DNA of 64,000 nt from Azolla caroliniana (Eukaryota; Plantae; Polypodiophyta): NCBI GenBank assembly GCA_043228905.1, contig JBHGNT010000002.1, positions 5,952,001 to 6,016,000 of the forward strand, read 5' to 3'. This document shows positions 24,238-38,700 of the stretch, piece after piece. Within the stretch, counting starts at the first letter, position 1; each line of letters begins with the position of its first letter. The notes below the pieces were generated by a model. The model was not told where the DNA came from. It made no database searches and saw only the letters and a list, made by a program, of their open reading frames with translations. A program made the position numbers and the translations under genes.

Positions 24238-27200
24238 TGTTGGGATTACGGTCCCTCCGAATGGGATGGTCAGATGTCCGGGAATCGGGAATGAAGACCC
24301 GAATGAGGAGTACCCGGTATCGGAACCGGATGATGAAGACCCGGTTTCGGATCCGGATGATGAAGACCCCGGCTACGGAGCCGGATGACGAATGTACCCG
24401 GAGAGAGATCCGGATGCGGGGACATATTTGTGAATATGTTTGCCAAGGGCCCTCTAGGCTATATTTGTAAATAGCCCGAAAGTCATATGTGTATAAATAT
24501 GACTTAGGGCAAACAGTTTTGTTGTTGTTGCTCATTTTTCTGTTTTCCACTTAGAGGGAGCGAAGTGAGAGCAGCCGAGAGAGAGAGTGAGAGAGAGAGA
24601 AAGGAAGAGGTCGACGCCTCTGTGTAATACCGCCGCCTGTGGCGAGGACAGCGAGCTCAAGGTCGTCGCCTTGCAGCTCGCCATTGTACATTCCCTGCGT
24701 ATAGTGATAGTTGGAGTCTTGCACTCCCGTGGTTTTTCCCGTCTAGGGTTTTCCACGCTAAACCCTGTGCATTCGAGTCTCTCTCTGTGTTTTCGATTTA
24801 CTGCTGCATTGACTCGTGTTTCCTCGGTTGTGGCCGAGAGGTGAAGGTTTTGAAAGCGTCAATCTCTAACAATCTAGTATCAGAGCGACTGCAGTGCAGA
24901 AAATGGAAGGCGGCAGCAGCGGGCAGCCGGGGATGATGGTGCTGAATGCGCAGAACTACGCCGACTGGAAGATAAAGATGGAGGATCTGCTCATTGTTCG
25001 GGACCTGTATGAACCGATCGACAGGTCGGAAATACCCAAGGGGGTACTTGAGACGGAATGGAGGCTTCTGAACCGGAAAGCCGTTGCAACCATTCGGCAA
25101 TACGTCGAAGTGAGCGTTCTACAACATGTGGGGAACGACACCAACGCATATGAGATGTGGCAGAAGCTGTCGGGCCTCTATGAGAGGAAGAATGCGTTGA
25201 ACCGGACCTCCCTGATGAGGAAGATAGTGAACCTCAAGTACCGGGACGGCGAGAGTATGGTGGAACACGTAAGCACGTTCATGGGATTCGTGAACCAGCT
25301 TACGGCGATCAAGTTCCCGTTGGAGGATGCAATGCAAGCCATCATGCTGATGTGTACATTGCCGGAAAGCTGGGAGAACTTGGTGGTGACTCTCAGCACC
25401 TCCTGCACCGAAGATAACTTGTCCCTACAAACGGTAAAGACAAGCATTTTGAACGAAGAAGCGCGTCGGAGAGATAAAGAACCGGCCTCCGATCCGAAGA
25501 TGCTGCTTACCGAATCGGATCGGGGAAGACAACGGAACCGGAGTCCACAAAGACGGGAGAAGTCGGGGACCCGGTCGCAGTCAAGAGGAAGGCCCACATG
25601 CTTCCACTGTGGGAAGCCGGGGAACTTCCGAAAGAATTGTCGGCATTACCGAAAAGACAACGGAGCCGACGACACCGATTCGAAGAAGTCTTCGGAACGG
25701 AACGGTGCTTACCGGGGAGCCACGGACCGGAATGGTTCGGATCGGCGAGGGCAGGACCGGAAAGGAACGACGGCACTCGCGGCAAGTGAAGAGGAGATCA
25801 TGCTGATCACCGAAGAAGGTGAACTAAACATTGCCGGCGATGAGACTACCTGGGTGGTCGATTCCGGAGCGTCGTTCCACCTGACCCCGGAAAGAAGATA
25901 CTTCTCATCCTACACAGCCGGTGAGCATGGCTGTGTTCGGATGGGAAATGAAGGTACGTGCCGGATTGCCGGCATAGGAGATGTGTGGTTGACAACCTCG
26001 ACCGGATGCAAAATGTTGCTGAAGGATGTCCGACACGTTCCGGAGGTTCGATTGAACCTGATTTCGGCCGGGAGGCTAGACGATGAAGGCTACACAGGTA
26101 GCATCCGGAACTGCGTAATGAAGTTCAGCAAGGGGAGCCTGATAGTGGCTCGGGCCCGGAAAGTCAACACACTGTACCTTATAAATGCCTGGTTGTGTTC
26201 GGAGGAGTTGAACGTGGCAGCCGACACTGCCGGTGAGCTGTGGCACAAGAGACTGTGCCACATGAGTGAGAAGGGGATGAAGAGGCTTGCAGAAGACAAC
26301 CTTATTCCAGTGAAGCATGTGCACCTGGAGAAGTGCACCGATTGCCTGGCCGGTAAGTAGAACCGAACCTCCTTCCACTCAAGGCCACCGACGAGACGTA
26401 GCGCACCATTGGAGTTGGTGCACACTGACGTGTGTCAAGTAGAAACGAAGTCACATGGCGGAGCCCAGTACTTCGTGACATTCATTGATGACCATAGCCG
26501 GAAGCTGTGGACGGCACCGTTGAAGACAAAGGACCAAGTGTTGTGCGTCTTCAAAGAACTCCACGCGAGAGTGGAAAGGGAATCCGGCAAGAAGCTGAAA
26601 GCGATACGAGCGGATAACGGAGGGGAATACCGGGGGCAGTTCGAGGAGTACTGTCGCTCGAAGGGAATCCGGCTCGAGTTTACTGTGCCGAAGACGCCGC
26701 AACTGAACGGGCTGGCCGAGAGGATGAACCGGACCATAATGGAGAGGGTCCGGAGTATGCTAGCGCATGCGAAATTACCCAAGGGGTTTTGGGCTGAGGC
26801 AATGTCGACGGCGACATACGTGATAAACAGATCACCCTCAGTACCTTTGGACGGAGACACGCCGCAGAGAGTGTGGACCGGTAGGGAAGTATCCTACCGG
26901 CATCTGAAGGTGTTCGGGTGTCTCGCATATGTGCATGTGGCAAAGGACCGAAGAGGAAAGCTAGATCCAAAGAGCCGGCCATGCAAACTCCTCGGTTACG
27001 GCGATGACGAGTTCGGCTACCGAGTATGGGACCCGGTCGACAAAAAGATATTCCGGAGTCGTGATATCATCTTCATGGAGGACAAGACACTCGCCGACTG
27101 GGAGTCGGAGAAGAAGATGAAGAGCTCCAAGTCGACCGGTGAGGATCAACTCTACGAGGAGCAGTCCCGACCGGCAAGGGACCGGTTAGCACTCGAGGAT

Positions 27201-29647
27201 CTGGCCGAAGATGGTGAAGAAACAGAACCGGCCGAGGAAGATGAAACTGATACCGGAACCGGCCCCGATCCCAAAATGGATTCGGATGAAGAGGAAACGG
27301 AGGAGCCGGTTACCGAAGCTCCGGAACGGAGATATCCTCTAAGAGAGAGAAGGGCCCCCCGGAGATTTCCGGAACCAGAGCACGTGCTGCTAACCGACGA
27401 GGGGGAGCCGGAGAGTTTTGAAGAAGCAAAGCTTGACACCCATAGCCGCAGGTGGTTAACTGCCATGCAGGAGGAGATGGATTCCCTGCATGAGAACCAC
27501 ACATATGAACTTGTGGAGTTGCCGAAAGGAAAGCGGGCACTTCGAAACAAGTGGGTGTTCAAGCTGAAACCGGGAGATGCCGGAAACCCCCCGAGATACA
27601 AAGCCAGGATCGTGGTGAAGGGGTTCCAGCAGAAGAAGGGCGTCGACTTCGACGAGATATTTGCCCCGGTAGTGAAGATGACCTCCATCCGGACGGTGCT
27701 GAGCATAGCGACAAGCAGGGACCTCGAGGTAGAACAGATGGACGTGAAGACGGCATTCCTTCACGGTGACCTCGAAGAAGAGATCTACATGCAGCAACCA
27801 GAAGGATTCTAGAAGAAAGGGAAGGAGCACCTGGTATGCCGGTTGAAGAAGAGCCTTTACGGACTGAAGCAGGCTCCCCGGCAATGGTACCGGAAGTTCG
27901 ACTCTTTCATGACCGACGAAGGGTACCACAAAACGCAGTCCGATCACTGCGTGTTTGTGAAGAAGTTCGAAGGAGGAGACTTTCTAATACTCCTCCTGTA
28001 CGTGGACGACATGTTGATCGTCGGACGGGACCAGGGCAAGATACGGATGCTGAAGAAAGCGCTTCACCGAACCTTCTCAATGAAGGACCTGGGTCCGGCG
28101 AGGCAAATACTAGGGATGCACATCATCCGGGACCGGAAGAAGAAGCAGTTGTGGCTATCACAGGAGAAGTACGTGACAAAGGTGCTTCACCGGTTCAACA
28201 TGTCGGAAGCAAGACCGGTCGGGTCAACCCTCCCGGCAAACTGCAAGTTGTCCAGCAAGCAAAGCCCCAAGACAAAGGCTAAGAAGGAGGACATGATGAA
28301 AGTTCCATATGCCTCTGCCGTCGGAAGCTTGATGTACGCAATGGTGTGTACAAGACCGGACATAGGATATGCAGTCGGAGTGGTGAGCCGGTACATGAGC
28401 AATCCTGGCAAAGAGCTCTGGAACGCGGCCAAGTGGATACTCCGATACCTGAAGGGCACGGCAAACGTGTGCCTCCGATTCGGCTCCGGTAAGCCCGAAC
28501 TCGACGGCTTTACCGATTCGGATATGTCGGCTGATGCAGATACCAGCCGGTCCACATCAGGGTATGTGATGACGTATGCAGGGGGAGCTGTTTCGTGGCA
28601 GTCGAGGCTGCAGAAGACGGTTGCGTTGTCAACCACGGAGGCGGAGTACATGGCGGCTGTTGAAGCCGGCAAGGAAATAATATGGATGAAGGACTTCATT
28701 AGAGAGCTCGGTATCCGGCAGGAGGAGTACCGACTCTACTGCGACAGTCAGAGTGCCATCCACCTTGCGAAGAATGCGGCCTATCACTCCCGGACGAAGC
28801 ACATCCAGCGAAGATATCACTGGATCCGGGAAAGGATAGAAGACCAGGAGTTCGTGCTGACGAAGATCCACACGGACGAGAACGGGTCAGATATGCTGAC
28901 CAAAGTGCTCACACCCGACAAGCTGGAAGCGTGCCGGAAGAGGGTCGGACTGGAAAGACATCCCATGCCAAAGTGAAGGGGGAGTTTGTTGGGATTACGG
29001 TCCCTCCGGATGGGATGGTCAGATGTCTGGGAATCGGGAATGAAGACCCGAATGAGGAGTACCCGGTATCGGAACCGGATGATGAAGACCCGGTTTCGGA
29101 TCCGGATGATGAAGACCCGGTTTCGGATCCGGATGATGAAGACCCCGGCTACGGACCCGGATGACGAATGTACCCGGAGAGAGATCCGGATGCGGGGACA
29201 TATTTGTGAATATGTTTGCCAAGGGCCCTCTAGGCTATATTTGTAAATAGCCCGAAAGTCATATGTGTATAAATATGACTTAGGGCAAACAGTTTTGTTG
29301 TTGTTGCTCATTTTTCTGTTTTCCACTTAGAGGGAGCGAAGTGAGAGCAGCCGAGAGAGAGAGTGAGAGAGAGAGAAAGGAAGAGGTCGACGCCTCTGTG
29401 TAATACCGCCGCCTGTGGCGAGGACAACGAGCTCAAGGTCGTCGCCTTGCAGCTCGCCATTGTACATTCCCTGCGTATAGTGATAGTTGGAGTCTTGCAC
29501 TCCCGTGGTTTTTCCCGTCTAGGGTTTTCCACGCTAAACCCTGTGCATTCGAATCTCTCTCTGTGTTTTCGATTTACTGCTGCATTGACTCATGTTTCCT
29601 CGGTTGTGGCCGAGAGGTGAAGGTTTTGAAAGCGTCAATCTCTAACA
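24238..29647 (+). mobile_element. Copia C1, full length, nested in B
   Basis: LTRs at 24238-24871 and 28987-29647 differ by one 27-bp unit; TSD AACCC. PBS is mutated (TAGTATCAGAGC); PPT AAGGGGGAG. Confidence 0.96.
24903..28976 (+). pseudogene. C1 gag-pol with two premature TAG stops (26358-26360 and 27810-27812)
   Basis: Collinear with intact C2; motifs WVVDSGAS, LVHTDVC, YVDDML, FTDSD. Confidence 0.93.
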
Positions 29648-30895
29648 AACCCTTGTGCGGTTGTGAGTATTTTCCTGACTCGCCATACCGCACGCTCTCC
29701 GTAGCGTGGGCCATTCGGCCTTTGGAGGCTTTAAGTTTGGCCTCTACCTCTCGTTGTCGAGCCATGAGTAGAGCCTCGAGTGTGAGGGGTCCATAGTAAC
29801 GTTTGAGCTTGCTCCCATTAATGAACCCGAGGATGTCAAAACCTTCGATCGTGCGTAGGCGACATGCTCCTGTCTTGGTAACCTCCGAAACCACATACGG
29901 GCCTTCGCCCCGTAGCTTCAACTTTTTCTTGTGTCGTTGAGAGGAGAATTTGAGGGCCATGTCGCCTTCTGCGAGGTCTTTGTTCTTGACTTTATTGTCG
30001 TGCCACACCTTTCTATTGGCTTTCTTTGCCAAGAGTGCCTGGAATGCGAGAAGGCGAGTTTCTGTCAGTCGTTCTAGGTTCTCTAGTCGTGACGGGAGGG
30101 GGTCCCCTTCCCATCATTCCTGTACGGCGATCCTGAGGCTGGGGACAAGGAACTCGATGGGTAATACTGCTTCTTGCCCGTACACCAGTTTGAATGGTGT
30201 GTGGCGAGTTGCGACTTTGTAGGAAGTACGGAAGGCCCATAATGCTGCTTGGAGTTTGGTGCTCCAATCAGATCGGGAGGCAACGACTATCTTTGTGAGT
30301 ACTGCACATAGCACCTTATTCGTGCTTTCCGCTTGTCCGTTGCATCGAGGGTAATAAGGAGAACTTTTGTGGTTTGTCACCATAAACTCGCCTAATAAGT
30401 GTGCTATCACCTCGTTCAAGAAATGTGAGCCTTCGTCACTAATAATTTCGAGCGGACATCCAAACCGTACGATGACATTTTCATATAGGAATTTGGCAGT
30501 ACTATGTGCGTCGGCGGTAACGCAAGCTTTCGCTTCAACCCACTTGGTGGTGTAGTCGGTGGCGGTTATTATGTATCGGTTGAGATTGGAAGCTGGGCTG
30601 ATTGGGCCGATAAAGTCGATACCCCATTTCTCGAATGGTTGCCATGCCACCACCGAGTTTAACATATTAAATCCGCTTTTAGCGGGTGTTTGAAACATTG
30701 GCACTCATCACAGCGACGTACGTACGCGTATGTGTCTTTGAAGAGTGTTGGCCACCATAGGCCGGACTGAAGGATCTTGTGCGCAGTGGTCTCGTGATTG
30801 AAATGACCACTTCCGCCCCCGCAATGAGCTTGTTCGAGGGTGGTGACGACATCATGGTCTGTTATACACCTCCGAAGTAGATCGTCATTGTAGCG
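29648..30895 (-). pseudogene. Element B integrase, inverted and degenerate
   Basis: HCGGGSGHF, CDECQ, WGIDFIGP, ISDEGSHF, NGQAESTN and GPY motifs on the minus strand. Confidence 0.92.
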
Positions 30896-30899
30896 CCAT

Positions 30900-33800
30900 A
30901 GCCCAAATCGGCGACACCGCATCTACCGATGCCACCGCTCGTATCACCGGTGAGTACCTCAAGTGGGCACATGATCCACAACTAGTCCAGTGGGCTCACG
31001 AGCTTGTCCGTCGGGTCCGAGAATGGCACACACGGCCCAAATCGACTGTCAATTTCGCGTGGTTCCTCACCCGCTACTTGTGCGCAAAGTTCAACATCGG
31101 ACCCCCCGCCCCTCCCTTCGTACGTTGCCAAGAACGCTTCCGCAAGATCACTGTCCCAGGTCAACTCGAACGCCTTCGTCTACCTGAACGCGACTTTTTA
31201 CGACAAGTGCACCAAGGCGAACAGGCACGGCCACCAGCACACAAACAACCCCCGATCACCCACGTGTCAGCCGAAGCTAACCTCGACACCCCTGAGGATA
31301 TCACGAACCGTGTCAAGGAATTCCAGACACACGAGTTCACCCCCACCGAAATCCAAGCCTTGTCCACCACTTTCCACTATGTGTCACATCAGACCACAAC
31401 CACAACTCCGCGTTCCCGCAGCTGCACCATTGAGTCAATCTTACGCGACCAACGGAACTCGCCAACCCCGCCTCCACCCACCTCGCCAACCCCTCCACCC
31501 CACGAATCCTCTCCCCCCGCTCCGGCCACAACTACCCCACCTTTCTCGTCCACCACCACTGATGACACCCCGCAACCCCGACCCCATAAACTCACCCTCC
31601 ACACCGCTCCCGACACCGACACCCCCGACTGACCCCCGACCGCAACCTCGGCAGTTCCTCTCCAACCCACCCTCGCCCCCGCCCAAATGACAACCCCGCT
31701 TCCACCACCCCCCCTCCCGACCTCCGTGCCCCACCCGACCTCCCTCACTGCAGTTCCTACCCACCCTACCTCCTCGCTCGCCGTCCCCCCCAAACCCTTA
31801 ACCGACATGGTGGCCGACCTCCTAAAGATGACTGCCGTCGTGAACCGCCGCCTACTTCAAGTTCAGGCACAGGCCCAACAGACCGCCACCGACCAACACG
31901 AGACGTCTACACGGAACGAGATCTTGGTCGCTGAGGTACGGAGCGCCCTCCATACCAACGCATGCCAAGCGGCCACCCACGACCTCCTCAAGCAAGAACT
32001 CTTGACAACGCAAACCCGACACCAACAACTCGCTGACGAATTCCAACAAGCTCGGACAACTTGGCACCACGACCAGGAACACGCTATGCAAACACATGCC
32101 GAACTTTCGGTCGAGTACATTCGCCTCACCACCCAACACCAACTGACCGAGGCCCGCCTCGCAGCCGTGATGGCTGATCTCTCTGAACGTTCCGAGGCCC
32201 TTGCCGCCGCCATGGCCACCACTCACCAACTCATGAGCGAGATCACCACCCTCAAGGCTGAACAAGAGGCCATGATCCATCAAGTCGAAGTCGCCAATGA
32301 ACGCAATCGATGTCTCCTCACCAAACACCGCCGCCAATGCGCCGACCTCGAAAAGGACATCCTTCAACTACGCACGTCCAAAGCTGCCCTTGAACATGCC
32401 CTCACCCCCGGTGCGACGGACCCCTCCACCGGTCAGACCCCTCTCCTTACCCCAGCTGGCTCTCCGAATATGATCCAGGCACTCTCGGTGTACATGACCT
32501 CGACCTCCCTGCTCTCCGAACTTTTCACTGCACCATGCACACCACGCACCCTCCTCATCCAAGCAACATGCGTCCTTCGGTCGTTAGCCGCCACGCGTCG
32601 CGTATTCTTTGATGAAACCACACCCCCAGACCGGCAGACCTTCATCCGAGTACTCCCCGAAGACAACCACGCCCTCGCCCTGTTCATGTTATACTAGGAA
32701 GCCACCGAAGAACCCGCTCCCCCAGCCGGCGACCTCTTCCCCCAACACCTCCCCATTTTGTTCCTCGAAGGTATGGCCTACCTTCACACCGTCCTCACAC
32801 CCGACTTGGATATCGCCAACCTGATCTATTTCACCTACCCTTCTGATGTCACGATGCAAGTCACCGAAGACCAGTTGGCCCACCTCTTCACAACACTGGT
32901 GCGCTTACACCACATCGCCGACACCCTCACCCGCACCCTGTTGGAAAACACAACGACCTCCGTACCCCCTTTCGGTTTCCTCTGGCTAGTACGCGCTTGG
33001 CAAACCGCCTGGGACGTTGGGGTTCGTACTCACATATTCAGCATCGAATACGCCACGTTCAACTGGCCCACTGACCTCGAGGCTGATGACATACCAGAAT
33101 TAGCCCTATACCTCGACGTTTCCCACGAGTATCAACTCATGACGTTTGACAAGGCTCGTGCTCGTGCCCTCCTACCCCCGCACCCCGCTTCTCCCCCCCC
33201 CAGAGATCGACCTAGAGGGGGACCACAACTCACCTAATGAACCCGACACCCAGTCACCTCCTCGCCCTCCCTCCTCCCCACCTCCAAGCCCCCCCCCACC
33301 TCCCCCACCCACTTGCCCACCTCCCTTCCCCCCTCACCACTCGCTCCCACACCCTCACCTCAGTGAGCACCACGTCCCCGACCACACACATCCCATGTTC
33401 GGTGACAACCCATTTCGCACACCCCCCTCGGCTCACCCCCTTCCCCCCCCACACACGGGTCGTCACCCAACCCGGTCGGACATTCACGGAGGCCATCCTC
33501 CGCAAAGCTCTCCCCTTCAACCAACCCCTCGCACACCTCATGCTCCACCAACAACTACCCCTCCCCATCTTCACTACACCTCCCTTACTCCACACCCCGA
33601 GCGCCCGCTTCAACGCTGCGACCTTCTACGTTGATTTGGTCGACCGCTACCAACTCACCCACGGCCTCCAAACCGCCCTTGATTGCATCGAAAGTGGTAC
33701 CAGTTGGGACACTCGTCTCGACAATCAGTCTACCGCCCCTATTCCATGGGAGTTTGACTTCTGCGAGACCCCCCTCCTCCTCACCCGCCTCTACAACTAT

Positions 33801-34715
33801 TACCCCGAAGTCGCCTTTGAACCCCAAGTCGACGTCTTCCTTTACCCCCATGTTTACCGTGATAAGATGTCTACTTGGGCCGCCGCACACCCCACCCCCA
33901 CTCGCGTGTGGCACCACCCCGTCGCCGACCCCCTCCTTGAACCTCCCGGCACCCAACCTCGATGGTGTCTCCCTTGGTTCGCACACACATCCTTCCGTGA
34001 ATGGCTCGCCCGCCACCCCCCCGAGTTGCGCACCAACCCCACCTTTTTTCCCCTTCCTTGTCGTTGGCCATGGCCCGATTTCCGCGCTACACAAGCACGC
34101 CTACCCACCCTTCAATTCAACTGGCCGTTGTTCCCCCGACCCCCGCGCACATCCCCGACTGAACCCGACATGATCCGGGTCATGCGACGATTCCTACGTA
34201 CATACCTCGACGTCCCGGACCCCGACATTCAAGCCAACCTTCGTTTTCTACAACTTCTACTCATTCTCCTCGACTCTGGCCCATACGAAGCTCCCCCCTT
34301 CCAACGGCACAACCACCCAGCGTGGGGCCTCGCCTTCGATTTGAACAAAGGTCCAAGTCGCCACCAACTGGTCGGCCTCTGGACCTGCGTCAACATCCTC
34401 CCCGCAAGCTACAAACGGGATTTTGAAACCATGATTGACACACGTTTTTTCCCCGCTTACATAAGCTTTAGTCGAAACCCCCCTTCTCCCTTCGCTGGCC
34501 ACAACACCTGCACCTGGCTCACCGGCCCCAAGAAAGATTTCTTCACAACAACCGACCAACTGCAGGAAATTCGGCTACCACCACTGAACATCCGTCGTCT
34601 TCGCCATCATCTCCGCCGCCACCCACCCCCCGACGAACCCCCCTACTCAATTCTACTCACCCCCGACACCCGAAGCTCCCCTCCCATAGTGCACTCGGGA
34701 GTGTGCACTCATTAG
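30900..34715 (+). pseudogene. Remainder of the B accessory ORF (Pro-rich, coiled-coil and aromatic-rich domains)
   Basis: ORFs 31078, 31687 and 32758 share a frame. ORFs 33146 and 33237 can be joined by shifts in C-runs. The last one ends at the PPT. Confidence 0.7.
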
Positions 34716-35294
34716 GTTGGGGGAGATGTTAAGCGTTGGGATAACAACACAACCATTCATGAATAAGAACGCATCAACAAGGACGTAGTACGAAGAGGAA
34801 ACGGCAAGAGGAAAGGAGAGCAAAGAGACAACCAAATGTGAAAGGCCCATAAACTAAACGTGAAAGCTATATAAACCACGTAGTAGTGGCTTTGTGGGGG
34901 TTCTCCCATTTGTAAAGATCTCCTATTGATTAGAGCTAGAGCTTCCTCTCCTCCTTCTTGTAACCTTTGAGCTTAAGAGAGATTAGTGAAGTGTTGAGTT
35001 AGAGAACACTAATCTCTCTCCTTGTTGGTGCTAGACCTCTTAGCAAAGAGGGTTAATAATAGACATACTCTTTCTTCTTATTGTCTATATCTATTAATCT
35101 ATTGTCTATGAGAGAGAGCTTGAGAGAGTGAGAGAAATATCGTGCTTAATCATTTACTAATCGTTGAGTGAGTGTGAGGCTCGGAGGTATCCGACAACCA
35201 TCTCCGTCCGATTCGCCATCAAGAGGGTATACGACGGTCCGAATCCCGCCACGACATCAAGGAGCTTACTCCATCGATACATAGATCCTTAACA

Positions 35295-35710
35295 TCAGAC
35301 GAAGAGAAGCAACGTCGTCGAGCAAACCATCTGTGCTTATATTGTGGAGGTCCAGGACATATAGCCATTCATTGCTCCCGTAGGCCGAGACGTCAGGTAA
35401 ATCAAATTCACTATGACAATAAAAATGAGTCCAACATTTTAGAAGTAGTTAGTGAATCTAATATTATGAATAATCCACCGTTGTCCAATAAATTTGAAGT
35501 CGTAAGCCAATTAGAAGAGGAGTCAAACGAATAAGTCTGGCCAAAATAGGAGCCATTTGATTGGACAACCCTAGATATGTACAACCTAGTGTGGGTTCCA
35601 TTTCTTCCAAGCATGTTAGTAGAGTCTTCTCAGCCCTAGTACAAGTTAGGACACCCAGTTGTCAACTTCAAGTCCAAGCCCTCTTAGATACTGGAGCCAA
35701 TTCTTGTTTC
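35295..35710 (+). pseudogene. Element A gag zinc knuckle and protease N-half
   Basis: LCLYCGGPGHIAIHC; ALLDTGANSCF continues as MDRDFAQKH after C2. Confidence 0.88.
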
Positions 35711-38700
35711 TGTAAGGAATAGGCCCTTCTATCCACCTTCTTATCTCGGCCACAACCGATTAATCGCGGATCAATGGAGCAGAAAATAGGAAACACACGT
35801 AGAAACAAAACGAAGAAACGCGAGTACACAAGGATTAACGTGGAAAACCCTAAACGGGGAAAAACCACGGGAGTACAAGACTCCAAACAACACTATACAG
35901 AGAAGTATACAATGACGAGCTCCAAGGCGACGACCTTGAGCTCGCTGTCCTCGCCACAGGCGGCGGAAATACACAGAGGCGTCTACCTCATTCTCTCTCG
36001 CGCTCTCTCTCTTTCTCTCTCTCACGGCTGCTCTCTCTTCACTCCTCTAAAGTGGAAAAACAGAAAAATGAGAAGCAACAGAAAAACTGTTTGCCCTAAG
36101 TCATATTTATACTTATATGACTTTGGGCTATTTACAACTATAGCCTCAGGGGGCTCGTAGCGAACATATTCACGGATATGTCCCTGCATCCGGATCGCTC
36201 TCCGGGTACATTCGTCATCCGGCACCGAAGCCGGGGTCTTCGTCATCCGGATCCGAAACCGAAACCGGGCTTGTCGGCATTCATCTCCGATATCCGACCA
36301 TCCCATCCGAAAGGGACCGAAATCCCAACAAACTCCCCCTTCACTTCGGCATGGGATGTCTTTCCAATCCGATCCTCTTCCGGCATGCTTCCAGCTTGTC
36401 GGGTGTGAGCACCTTGGTCAGCATATCCGACCCGTTCTCGTCGGTGTGGATCTTCGTCAGCACGAACTCCTTGTCTTCTATCCTTTCCCGGATCCAGTGA
36501 TATCTTCGCTGGATGTGCTTCGTCCGGGAGTGATAGGCTGCGTTCTTCGCAAGGTGGATGGCACTCTGACTGTCGCAGTAGAGTCGGTACTCCTCTTGCC
36601 GGATACCGAGCTCTCTAATGAAGTCCTTCATCCATATTATTTCCTTGCCGGCTTCAACAGCCGCCATGTACTCCGCCTCCGTGGTTGACAACGCAACCGT
36701 CTTCTGCAGCCTCGACTGCCACGAAACAGCTCCCCCTGCATACGTCATCACATACCCTGATGTGGACCGGCTGGTATCTGCATCAGCCGACATATCAGAA
36801 TCAGTAAAGCCTTCGAGTTCGGGCTTACCGGAGCCGAATCGGAGGCACACGTTTGCCGTGCCCTTCAGGTATCGGAGTATCCACTTGACCGCGTTCCAGT
36901 GCTCTTTGCCGGGATTGCTCATGTACCGGCTCACCACTCCGACTGCATATCCTATGTCCGGTCTCGTACACACCATGGCGTACATCAAGCTCCCGACGGC
37001 TGAGGCATACGGCACTTCCATCATATCCTCCTTTTCAGCCTTTGTCTTGGGACTTTGCTTGCTGGTCAGCTTGCAGTTTGCCGGGAGGGTCGATCCGGCC
37101 GGTCTTGCTTCCGACATGTTGAACCGTTGAAGCACCTTTGTCACGTACTTCTCCTGTGACAGCCACAACTGCTTCTTCTTCCGGTCCCGGATGATGTGCA
37201 TCCCTAGTATTTGCCTCGCCGGACCCAGGTCCTTCATTGAGAAGGTTCGGTGAAGAGCCTTCTTCAGCATCCGTATCTTGACCTGGTCCCGTCCGACGAT
37301 CAACATGTCGTCCACGTACAGGAGGAGTATTAGGAAGTCTCCTCCTTCAAACTTCTTCACAAACACGCAGTGGTCGGACTGCGTTTTGAGGTACCCTTCG
37401 TCGGTCATGAAGGAGTCGAACTTCCGGTACCATTGCCGGGGAGCCTGCTTCAGTCCGTAAAGGCTCTTCTTCAATCGGCATACCAGGTGCTCCTTCCCTT
37501 TCTTCTCGAATCCTTCCGGTTGCTGCATGTAGATCTCTTCATCGAGGTCACCGTGAAGGAATGCCGTCTTCACGTCCATCTGTTCTACCTCGAGGTCCAT
37601 GCTTGCCGCTATGCTCAGCACCGTCCGGATGGAGGTCATCTTCACTACCGGGGCAAATATCTCGTCGAAGTCGACGCCCTTCTTTTGCTGAAACCCCTTC
37701 ACCACGATCCTGGCTTTGTATCTCGGGGGGTTTCCGGCATCTCCCGGTTTCAGCTTGAACACCCACTTGTTTCGCAGTGCCCGCTTTCCTTTCGGCAACT
37801 CCACAAGTTCATATGTGTGGTTCTCATGCAGGGAATCCATCTCGTCCTGCATGGCACTCAACCACCTGCGGCTCTGGGTGTCATGCTTTGCTTCTTCAAA
37901 GCTCTCCGGCTCCCCCTCGTCGGTTAGCAGCACGTGCTCTGGTTCCGGAAATCTCCGGGGGGCCCTTCTCTCTCTTAGAGGATATCTCCGTTCGGGAGCT
38001 TCGGTAACCGGTTCTTCCGATTCTTCTTCTACATCCGAATCCATTTCGGGATCGGGGCCGGTTCCGGTATCATTTTCATCTTCTTCGGCCGGTTCTGTTT
38101 CTTCACCGTCTTCGGCCGGATCCTCGAGTGTTAACCGGTCCCTTGCCGGTCGGGACTGCTCCTCGTAGAGTTGATCCTCACCGATCGACTTGGAGCTCTT
38201 CATCTTCTTCTCCGACTCCCAGTCGGCGAGTGTCTTGTCCTCCATGAAGATGATGTCTCGACTCCTGAATATCTTCTTGTCGACCGGGTCCCATACTCGG
38301 TAGCCGAACTCGTCGTCGCCGTAACCGAGGAATATGCATGGCCGGGTCTTAGGATCTAGCTTTCCTCTCCGGTCCTTTGCCACATGCACGTATGCGAGAC
38401 ACCCGAACACCTTCAGATGCCGGTAGGACACTTCCTTACCGGTCCACACTCTCTGCGGCGTGTCTCCGTCCAAAGGAACTGAGGGTGATCTGTTTATCAC
38501 ATATGTCGCCGTCGACATTGCCTCAGCCCAAAACCCCTTGGGTAATTTCGCATGCGCCAGCATACTCCGGACCCGCTCCATTATGGTCCGGTTCATCCTC
38601 TCGGCCAGCCCGTTCAGTTCCGGCGTCTTCGGCACAGTAAACTCGAGCCGGATTCCCTTCGAGCGACAGTACTCCTGGAACTGCCCCCGGTATTCCCCTC

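Larger units (their letters stand above)
14666..35294 (+). mobile_element. Element B: non-chromoviral Gypsy (Athila/Phygy-like) with extra 3' ORF and internal inversion
   Basis: 568-bp LTRs at 14666-15233 and 34727-35294; TSD TCAGA. tRNA-Asp-type PBS TGGCGCCGCTGCCGGGGA at 15240; PPT at 34714-34726. Confidence 0.93.
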
